Assembly: GCA_021783135.1 (NCBI GenBank)
Contig: JAJXUE010000006.1
Location: forward strand, 10,416-74,415
Reading direction: 5' to 3'
Source: Bacillota bacterium
GTDB taxonomy: Bacteria > Bacillota > Desulfitobacteriia > Desulfitobacteriales > JAJXUE01
DNA: 64,000 nt
The translations under genes were made by a program, and so were the position numbers. Of this stretch, positions 1-6,869 are shown in pieces (the stretch's first letter is position 1; the number at the start of each line of letters is the position of its first letter). The notes below the pieces were generated by a model. The model worked only from the letters and a program-made list of their open reading frames with translations, did no database searches and was not told the origin of the DNA.

Positions 1-1
1 C

Positions 2-130
2 GCAAAAAAACTTACCGATAATGATCGTGATAGACTCACAAAGCTAAGGGATGGTCAATTCAAGACAGTAATAAGCTATATGCTTGAAAACGACTGCAAG
101 TTAGAGCAAGAAGCAATCAGACTGAAGTGA
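2..130 (+). CDS. 3' end of a CDS that starts upstream of the window; product unknown
   Basis: Frame 2 is open from the window edge to a TGA at 128-130 (AKKLTDNDRDRLTKLRDGQFKTVISYMLENDCKLEQEAIRLK*) and is followed by a hairpin. I recognise no motif. Confidence 0.35.
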   Translation, partial: AKKLTDNDRDRLTKLRDGQFKTVISYMLENDCKLEQEAIRLK

Positions 131-170
131 TTTGGGAAGGGCTGCTGTGCTCAGCACTTACCAATTTTAA

Positions 171-194
171 AGGGATGCATATGACTGCATCCCT
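171..194. terminator. hairpin between convergent genes (putative bidirectional terminator)
   Basis: AGGGATGCA-tatgac-TGCATCCCT, a 9-bp perfect stem, lies between the upstream partial CDS and the ABC-F stop. Confidence 0.5.
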
Positions 195-206
195 CTTGCA
201 TTGATG

Positions 207-2132
207 TTACCTATCTTGCTTAATTTTCTCCGCCAATTCATTCAAATAAGTCCATCGCTCAATCAAATTCTCTAACTCCATTTCCAGCTTCTGTTGTTCG
301 CCGGCCAGCTCCTGTAAGCGCATATAGTCAGAACCCGCTGTATTAATGGAGTTTTTGAGTTCGGCGAGAGCTTGTTCTTGCTTGGCAATCAGTTCGTCAA
401 TCTGCTCATATTCTTTTTGCTCTTTATAGCTGAATTTCAGCGACTTTTCCGCGGCTCTAGTGGCGGAAGCTGCTTGTCTTTTAGGCTCCGGGTTGCTGCT
501 TGCCGCCTCAAGTTGCTTAGCGACAGGCTCTTCCAGCCCGTCAAGCGAGGCCAAATAATCCGAGTAGTTACCGGTATGCTCACGAATATTTCCGCCAGGT
601 TCAAAGGCAAAAATTCTTTGGGCTATCCGATCGAGAAAGTATCTATCATGGGAAACAGCCAGCACTGCCCCGCGGAAGTTGTCCAGATAGTCTTCTAAGA
701 TGGTCAAAGTTTGAATGTCCAAGTCATTGGTTGGTTCGTCCAAAAGGATAACATTGGGGGCGCTCATCAAGATCCTTAATAAATGCAGGCGTCTTTTTTC
801 ACCCCCGGACAACTTGGCAATCGGGGACCATTGGAGCTGCGACGAAAACAGAAACCGCTCAAGCATTTGCGAGGCCGTAATAACCCCTCCGTCTGCAGTA
901 GTGATTACTTCTGCCTGCTCCCTAATATACTCAATCACTCTCATATCCGGATCAAGCTCCGTATTTTCTTGCGTAAAGTAACCGATGCGGACCGTTTCCC
1001 CGATGGCAATCGTTCCTTCGTCCGGAGTTAATCTTCCAGCAATCAGGTTGAGCAAAGTGGACTTACCACAGCCATTGTGGCCGACAATGCCAATTCTGTC
1101 GTCCTTTGCCGCGATATAGGTGAAGTCGTCAAGCACCTTGTGCTCGGCAAAGCGCTTGCCTACCTTGTGCAGCTCCACGACCTTTTTGCCTAATCTGCTG
1201 CTGCCTACGGAAATATCCACTTTATCGGAACTGACCTGAGGTTTAGCTGCTTCAAGCTGCTGAAAACGATCAATCCTGGCTTTTTGTTTCGTAGTTCGCG
1301 CTTGCGCTCCGCGGCGCATCCAGGCCAATTCGTTGCGAAATAGGTTTTGCCGCTTGTCTTCCGAAGCTTGTTCTTGCTCTAAGCGAAGTAGTTTGGCAGC
1401 AAGGAAAGTGCTGTAGTTGCCGGGGTAGGTGTACAGCTTGCCCCTATCCAGCTCAAATATTTTGTTCACTACCCGATCTAAAAAGTACCGGTCGTGGGTG
1501 ATTAGCAATAAGGCTTTCTTAGATTGATTCAAATATTGTTCCAACCAGGCAACGGTTGTAGAATCCAAATGGTTAGTTGGCTCGTCCAAAATTAATAAAT
1601 CAGCCACTGTGATTAGGGCGCCGGCCAAGGCGACCCTTTTGCGCATCCCGCCGGATAAGTCAGCGACTTTGGCGGCAAAATTGGTCACGCCAAGTTTGGT
1701 CAAAACAGCCTTAGCCTCTGCTTCCAGTTGCCAAGCTTCTTGCTCATCCATTCTTTGGCTTAGCCCCAATAGTTTTTGTTGCAGCCCCGTGTCATTTGGC
1801 GCTTGGTGCAGCTGGTCAGAAACGGATTCATATTCTCGTACTAGCTGTATTAGCGGGGAACTACCGCGAAAGACTTGTTCCAGCACTGTTGTTTCCTGCG
1901 CAAATACCGGGTTTTGGGGCAGGTACTCAACCTGCAAACTATTAGTAATAGTAACCTTGCCGGTGTCGGGCGTTTCCAATCCGGCAATCACTTTGAGTAG
2001 GGTAGATTTGCCGGTTCCGTTGATGCCGATTATCCCGACCTTATCGGAGTGCTCCAAACCGAAGCTGATTTTTGCAAATAACACCTTCATGCCATAAGAT
2101 TTACCTAAGTTGTCCGCGGACAAGATATTCAT
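207..2132 (-). CDS. ABC-F family ATPase (tandem ABC domains, no transmembrane domain; Uup/YfmR-like translation factor type)
   Basis: 641-aa ORF with two Walker A sites (GINGTGKST, GHNGCGKST), two LSGG signatures (LSGGMRKR, LSGGEKRR), an inter-domain linker and a C-terminal coiled-coil tail. Confidence 0.9.
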   Translation of the reverse strand: MNILSADNLGKSYGMKVLFAKISFGLEHSDKVGIIGINGTGKSTLLKVIAGLETPDTGKVTITNSLQVEYLPQNPVFAQETTVLEQVFRGSSPLIQLVREYESVSDQLHQAPNDTGLQQKLLGLSQRMDEQEAWQLEAEAKAVLTKLGVTNFAAKVADLSGGMRKRVALAGALITVADLLILDEPTNHLDSTTVAWLEQYLNQSKKALLLITHDRYFLDRVVNKIFELDRGKLYTYPGNYSTFLAAKLLRLEQEQASEDKRQNLFRNELAWMRRGAQARTTKQKARIDRFQQLEAAKPQVSSDKVDISVGSSRLGKKVVELHKVGKRFAEHKVLDDFTYIAAKDDRIGIVGHNGCGKSTLLNLIAGRLTPDEGTIAIGETVRIGYFTQENTELDPDMRVIEYIREQAEVITTADGGVITASQMLERFLFSSQLQWSPIAKLSGGEKRRLHLLRILMSAPNVILLDEPTNDLDIQTLTILEDYLDNFRGAVLAVSHDRYFLDRIAQRIFAFEPGGNIREHTGNYSDYLASLDGLEEPVAKQLEAASSNPEPKRQAASATRAAEKSLKFSYKEQKEYEQIDELIAKQEQALAELKNSINTAGSDYMRLQELAGEQQKLEMELENLIERWTYLNELAEKIKQDR

Positions 2133-2245
2133 AGTTATATTCCCTTCAGTGCGTTGCCGTCAAAATGTTTCCCTATTTACATTATAACATTTTATCACCG
2201 GGTCTGACCGAGTCCTCAAACCTGACTTGGTTACGCGGGAGCGAC

Positions 2246-2285
2246 AAGGGGTCCGATAGACTTTGTAAGTCAACCGGACCCCTTG
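2246..2285. other. GC-rich hairpin upstream of the ABC-F promoter
   Basis: AAGGGGTCCG...CGGACCCCTT, 10-bp perfect arms. On the minus strand a TGTTATAAT extended -10 follows at about 2183-2191. Confidence 0.4.
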
Positions 2286-2654
2286 TTTAGGGCAGCCATT
2301 TAATTTGCGCCATAGCGACATTTATTCCTATTTATACCAGAACACTTGCTCTGGTATAGTCTTAGAGAGGGGAGCTGAATCAGAACCAAAAGGAAGTGAT
2401 TCAGTGAGAAACCTTACTTGGTTCCTTGCGTGGGCTTCCTATCTCGCCAATGAGTACGGACCCAGCCTGGTAGCGCTGAACGCTATCTGGTCCCTAGGCA
2501 ACAAAATTCGCTCCTTGCTTATAGGAAAGAGTTCTAGTCAGGGACGGAGCTAAGAACCGAAGCAGGTATCTGTGTCGGTGTGTTTCCGGCTTCACAAGCC
2601 CCCCTCATCTATTAGTATATCTGAATTAATTTGGTAAATACGTAACATTCAAGC

Positions 2655-3068
2655 TTACAAGTTACTCAGGGATAACTGTCCAAAGATGACTAAATCTTGC
2701 AGATTATTATCGATCACCCCTTGAACGATGGCTAAGTCCACCTTTTGGTAATTATGAACTGCAATATTGCGAAAACCTACCATACCTTTTAAGCGCCGAG
2801 CTAAGTCCTCACTTATTACCTGACCGGCAGTTAATAAATCAAAGGCGTCACGACTGTTTTGCGGAATACCAAGGCCCTTAATGGCAACGAAGTGCATAGC
2901 TAAGTCGATGCTTGCCTCACAAGCTCTTTGGATATTCAAAATAATTGAGTCCTGCCGGGTAAGGTTTTTGAGATTTGCCGGGTCTCCGGCGTACTCTTGC
3001 TGTATCCTTTGTAAACATCGTTCGATAATGGCAACTTTGTTGTAGACAATGTCATCGACCATATACAC
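2655..3068 (-). CDS. hepT: HepT-like HEPN (DUF86) RNase toxin of a type VII toxin-antitoxin pair
   Basis: 137-aa ORF with the Rx4H HEPN motif in the context FRNIAVHNY. It overlaps the upstream nucleotidyltransferase gene by 17 nt. Confidence 0.85.
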   Translation of the reverse strand: MYMVDDIVYNKVAIIERCLQRIQQEYAGDPANLKNLTRQDSIILNIQRACEASIDLAMHFVAIKGLGIPQNSRDAFDLLTAGQVISEDLARRLKGMVGFRNIAVHNYQKVDLAIVQGVIDNNLQDLVIFGQLSLSNL

Positions 3069-3462
3069 TCCCCCTTGCCGCGATTAGGCGCATAATTTCC
3101 GCTCTTTCCTCATTAAGTAAAGCATATTCTTTGAAAGCGCGTACGCGAAAATTTTGCAATAGCTCAGTACTGTCAGAATAGACTACCTCTCCTTTGCCAA
3201 GGATTTGAGCTTTTAATACGGTAGATGCTTGCTTTAAATCAACGAGATCTATCTCACGACCACACAGCGCGGCTAGGGCTTGGGCCGTTGCAAACACTTG
3301 ATACTCTGTGGCTTTGATGTCGCTCAAAAAAGCTAAATCGATGTCACTGTCTGCCCGAAAAACTCCTTGAGCACCTGAACCAAAGAGGATAATTAAATGA
3401 GCATTAATCTCCTTAATCAGGTGCTGTCTAATTATGTCAATAGTTTTTGCGTTAAGATTCAC
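3052..3462 (-). CDS. mntA: MntA-like minimal nucleotidyltransferase antitoxin
   Basis: 136-aa ORF with a GSGAQG...SDIDLAF (GSx10DxD) nucleotidyltransferase motif. GTG start preceded by GAGAGGAGA. Translationally coupled to hepT. Confidence 0.85.
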   Translation of the reverse strand: MNLNAKTIDIIRQHLIKEINAHLIILFGSGAQGVFRADSDIDLAFLSDIKATEYQVFATAQALAALCGREIDLVDLKQASTVLKAQILGKGEVVYSDSTELLQNFRVRAFKEYALLNEERAEIMRLIAARGSVYGR

Positions 3463-3483
3463 CTGAGCAATCTCCTCTCAAGG

Positions 3484-3527
3484 CCATTACCACTTTTAAC
3501 CATTCTAACACAATTAGTGGTTAATGG
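3484..3527 (-). promoter_or_regulatory. inverted repeat bracketing the putative mntA-hepT promoter (candidate autoregulatory operator)
   Basis: CCATTACCACT (3484-3494) and AGTGGTTAATGG (3516-3527) are near-complementary. A minus-strand TGTTAGAAT extended -10 (plus-strand ATTCTA at 3502-3507) lies between the arms. Confidence 0.4.
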
Positions 3528-3699
3528 TAAATATGAGTTGCAGGGTTCACTATCACCCTTGCCGAAAGTTTAACCAAGACTTTACAATTACTTTAAGCAA
3601 AATTTACATTTCATCCTTATAATTATTATGGCTATAGACAATGATCAGTTTGGACAAACCGTCTTACGGTTAAGTGTAGGTATACGAAGGAGGAGCTCA

Positions 3700-3966
3700 A
3701 TGCATTTTTGGCCGGATTTCACCCGCTTGCGGAGTGAAATGGAAAACCTTGTCGAACGTGATCGACATCATTTAGGTAATGATGCGAAGTTTGCTAAGGT
3801 AAAAAGGGAAATTGAGGACAGTCTGAATAGATTGTTTGGTGAAAATTCCCGGGAGTATAGAGTTGTCAAACTAACTGCTTCCCCAGCTACAGTTGTTAAG
3901 GTACTAAACCATATTGCAGGTAGGAAGTACGGTGTTGCTCCGAATAGCACCGCAGCAAATATGTAA
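3700..3966 (+). CDS. hypothetical protein (88 aa)
   Basis: I prefer the ATG at 3700 over the tabulated 3628 start because GAAGGAGGAG lies 5 nt upstream. No recognisable motif. Confidence 0.45.
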   Translation: MHFWPDFTRLRSEMENLVERDRHHLGNDAKFAKVKREIEDSLNRLFGENSREYRVVKLTASPATVVKVLNHIAGRKYGVAPNSTAANM

Positions 3967-3997
3967 TTTTTAGGATGGTTTCTATATTTATGCTAGA

Positions 3998-4057
3998 ACA
4001 AAGGGACAGGTACATTGTTTAGTTTTTACTAGCTAAACATCATATCTGTCCCTTTGT
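3998..4057. terminator. bidirectional terminator hairpin
   Basis: ACAAAGGGACAG...CTGTCCCTTTGT, 12-bp perfect arms with an inner TTTAG/CTAAA stem, between convergent genes. Confidence 0.6.
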
Positions 4058-4122
4058 TTGTCGTACTTAGTTTTAATTGTCACTTGGCAATTTACTAGAT
4101 TGTTGCTACTTGGTGTGGTAAA

Positions 4123-5259
4123 TTATTCTTCCATGGCATTGACCACTTCTTTGAGATAATCACGAACAGTCAGGTGTTGCGGGCAAACGTCTTCGCAATT
4201 GCCACACTCCGTACAGGCGGAAGCGCGGGCTGACGGTTGGAAAAACTGCTTGTAGGCAAACCGCGAAGAGGGAAAATCGTCGTAAATATAGGCTTCGTTA
4301 TATAGAGAAAAATTGCGTGGAATATCGACGCCGGCAGGGCAAGGTTGGCAATAACCACACGCTGTACAGTCGATTTTAGTCAAGGACTTATACACAGCTT
4401 TGACCTGCTCGATGAGTGCAAGCTCGGTCGCGGCTAAATCATTTACTTTGGCTGTATCCGCTGTACGTAAATTTTCTTCCACTTGTTCCATCGAACTCAT
4501 CCCGCTCAAGAGCATAGATACCTCCGGATGATTCCAGACCCAGCGCAAAGCCCGCGCAGCAGGCGAGGATTTTACCGGTGAGGTAGCCCAGAGCTCTTGA
4601 ACTTGCGGGGGCGGATTTTTCGCCAGCTTGCCGCCTTTGATCGGCTCCATAACTATAATCGCTAGTCCTTTGGCTGCGGCGTACTTTAATCCGGCAGTAC
4701 CCGCCTGGATTTCGGTATCCATATAGTTGTATTGGATTTGGCAGAAGGTCCATGGGTAGGCGTCGACAATTTCTGTAAAAACCGGGTACTCATCATGAAA
4801 CGAAAAACCGACATTACGAATCCGGCCGTCAGCTTTGGCTTGCTCGAGGAAACGCTCAAAATTAAGCTCCTTGAGCTTGTCCCAAGTCCGACGGCTGAGA
4901 CCGTGCATTAAATAAAAATCGATGTGGTCGGTAGCGAGCCTCTGCAATTGTTCGTTAAGGTAGCGATCAAAATCTGCATAAGTTTGCGCTAACATCGCAG
5001 GAAACTTGGTGGCTAGTTTGACTTTTTCCCTGTAGCCGTCTTGCAGAGCTTTACCGACGAGAACCTCGCTTTGCCCCTTATGATAGAAATAGGCAGTGTC
5101 TACATAGTTAACGCCCTGATCGATGGCATGCCGGATCATGGCGATAGCTTCTGCTTCAGCGATTTTACCCTGATCTCCGTCAAGAAACGGTAAACGCATA
5201 CAACCAAAACCTAGAGCTGATACTTGAAAATCGAGTTGGCCAAATTTGCGGTATTGCAT
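4123..5259 (-). CDS. aldo/keto reductase with a C-terminal 4Fe-4S ferredoxin-type domain
   Basis: 378 aa. AKR N-terminus (LGFGCMRLP, VNYVDTAYFY) plus Cys clusters CTACGYCQPCP and CTECGNCEDVCP. Confidence 0.85.
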   Translation of the reverse strand: MQYRKFGQLDFQVSALGFGCMRLPFLDGDQGKIAEAEAIAMIRHAIDQGVNYVDTAYFYHKGQSEVLVGKALQDGYREKVKLATKFPAMLAQTYADFDRYLNEQLQRLATDHIDFYLMHGLSRRTWDKLKELNFERFLEQAKADGRIRNVGFSFHDEYPVFTEIVDAYPWTFCQIQYNYMDTEIQAGTAGLKYAAAKGLAIIVMEPIKGGKLAKNPPPQVQELWATSPVKSSPAARALRWVWNHPEVSMLLSGMSSMEQVEENLRTADTAKVNDLAATELALIEQVKAVYKSLTKIDCTACGYCQPCPAGVDIPRNFSLYNEAYIYDDFPSSRFAYKQFFQPSARASACTECGNCEDVCPQHLTVRDYLKEVVNAMEE

Positions 5260-5300
5260 CCATGTATCTCCTTTTACGTTGAATTTCGTGCGGGTTCATT

Positions 5301-5380
5301 CTTGCCAATTGAGCTAATTTCTGGTCAAGGAGTAAAATATTCCTTGCTAAAAATATTTTACTCCTTCTGAAGTTGGCAAG
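5301..5380. other. long composite hairpin between the AEP-like gene and the AKR gene
   Basis: Inner perfect 15-bp stem AAGGAGTAAAATATT (5327-5341) / AATATTTTACTCCTT (5352-5366). Outer stem CTTGCCAA (5301-5308) / TTGGCAAG (5373-5380). No U-run on either strand. Confidence 0.4.
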
Positions 5381-5472
5381 CAATTAAATTCAGTTTGTTA
5401 GTTCGGCAGATTGTGTCGCCCGACTTCTGCCACTTTGGCGCAGCCTGTCGCCCAGTTCGTCACGCTGCCGGT

Positions 5473-6234
5473 TTAAACTGAAAAGGAAGCCGTGACTTTA
5501 GCGTAAGCTTCGCTAAACTTGGCCTCTGCAATTGTTTTATGCCGCAGGTAAGTGGCGAAGTATTCCCAGGAGGCTGCTTCGTCGAGCAACCCATCGGGTG
5601 TAAGGATGGAACTGAAGGTTTTGTTTTTAGAGTGCTGGGAGCCAAACAAGCGTAACGATACGATCTTGTAGGAGCGGGTGTCAGGGTAGAGATTGAACTT
5701 TATTTTGTGGTAATCATAGCCACTCTCTGACAATGTGAGCATCGTTTGGGCTGCAATGCGCAGCATAAACTGGTACAAACGATTATTATTGACTGAACTC
5801 GACAATCTGCACCAGACATGATACCCTCTGCCACTGGCGACGATTAATGGCTCACAGCCCAGTTCACTGAGCTGCTGCCTGATGGCGCGAACAGCAAAGC
5901 TCATTTCGGGAATTACGACAGTGTTGTCCGTCTTATAGTTGTTGTCCAGATTAAAACAAAACAGATTGTTAGCATAAGTGTCAAAGTACAGGCACACATT
6001 GCATTCTTGGGCGATATGCGCTGCCAATAGTTCGTCCATACGGTACGGCGGGATAGCGATAATTTTGTATTTGTGGAGTACGCCGGAGGCAGTTAACTCG
6101 CCGTACTCCAGGCTGGCCCCGCCCGCCAGTAATTTTGTCAAATAAGCAAAACCATACCTGTCGGTTTCTATCTTAGCTTGGTTTTTGGGCAATCCGCTGT
6201 AGAATTCTTGCAGTAAGCTTAGCTTTCCAGCCAT
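5473..6234 (-). CDS. PriS/archaeo-eukaryotic primase (AEP)-like protein with a variant motif I
   Basis: 253 aa. ASGRGYHVW matches AEP motif II (SGxRGxHxW). D185...LRLFGSQHSK matches motif III. FNLDNNY sits where PriS has FDIDxxDY. Its ATG overlaps the upstream gene by 16 nt. Confidence 0.55.
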   Translation of the reverse strand: MAGKLSLLQEFYSGLPKNQAKIETDRYGFAYLTKLLAGGASLEYGELTASGVLHKYKIIAIPPYRMDELLAAHIAQECNVCLYFDTYANNLFCFNLDNNYKTDNTVVIPEMSFAVRAIRQQLSELGCEPLIVASGRGYHVWCRLSSSVNNNRLYQFMLRIAAQTMLTLSESGYDYHKIKFNLYPDTRSYKIVSLRLFGSQHSKNKTFSSILTPDGLLDEAASWEYFATYLRHKTIAEAKFSEAYAKVTASFSV

Positions 6235-6794
6235 TGTTTTACCTCATCAAATCTGCTAAATCCCTTGGCACTAACGGCTGGCAGGAATTGGTGTTTCGCC
6301 ATGATTGGGTAGTATACATTTACACCATAGTGTCCACCGCAAACTATATTAAACACTGCGTCGTCCACAAGGTGCTCAATCCCCCACAGTTTACAGAACA
6401 CTATTTTGTTTTTAGCCATAAACAAGTAATCAAAAGGAATGTCGTTATCCCTGAGCCAGTTAATAGTACTTGCTTGGGAACGGCGCAGATCGCGGTGGGT
6501 GCAAATAATAATTTGCCACCCACTTTTGTTTAACCATTGCATAAATTCGACCCCATCGGTGCGCGCCTGGGTGAACTGATAGCACTGTCCATAAATTTGA
6601 TTTTGAAAAAAGGCATATTCCGTACTAAGTAAATCACTTTGCTCCGGTAGCCCACTGCGCAATCTATTCAGATAGCGATTAAAGGTTTCCTCTGTAAAGG
6701 CATAAGTGTCGTTATACCTAAAAACGGTGTTTTGCACAGTCGCTGTAAAATCATTTAAGGTGTCGTCTAGATCAATTGCGATAATTTTGTTTAT
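6219..6794 (-). CDS. HAD-superfamily hydrolase, 5'(3')-deoxyribonucleotidase (NT5C)-like; non-canonical start inferred
   Basis: The tabulated ORF starts at a GTG at 6737. The in-frame upstream sequence encodes NKIIAIDLDDTLNDF, the HAD DxDxT catalytic motif. There is no ATG/GTG/TTG between the in-frame TAA (6831-6833) and the motif. AAAGGAG at 6804-6810 is followed by ATA at 6794. Confidence 0.6.
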   Translation of the reverse strand: MNKIIAIDLDDTLNDFTATVQNTVFRYNDTYAFTEETFNRYLNRLRSGLPEQSDLLSTEYAFFQNQIYGQCYQFTQARTDGVEFMQWLNKSGWQIIICTHRDLRRSQASTINWLRDNDIPFDYLFMAKNKIVFCKLWGIEHLVDDAVFNIVCGGHYGVNVYYPIMAKHQFLPAVSAKGFSRFDEVKQWLES

Positions 6795-6869
6795 CTGTCT
6801 CCACTCCTTTAGCTGATAGTGTCTTTTAGATTAGTTTAACAAATTTTTCGCAAGTATGTCCTTCGGTTT

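Noticed and set aside
2305-2553. 82-aa ORF in the ABC-F/hepT intergenic region
   Set aside because: It has no Shine-Dalgarno sequence, no recognisable motif and a non-canonical start. The region is better described as hairpin-rich non-coding DNA.
2290-2650. Possible SRP RNA, 6S RNA, tmRNA or RNase P RNA
   Set aside because: I looked for signature elements: the SRP GGAAG.AGC domain IV, the tmRNA 5' GGGG with a 3' TCCACCA end, and the RNase P GAGGAAAGTCC. None is present. A rod-like 6S fold is not supported because the best pairings give a branched structure.
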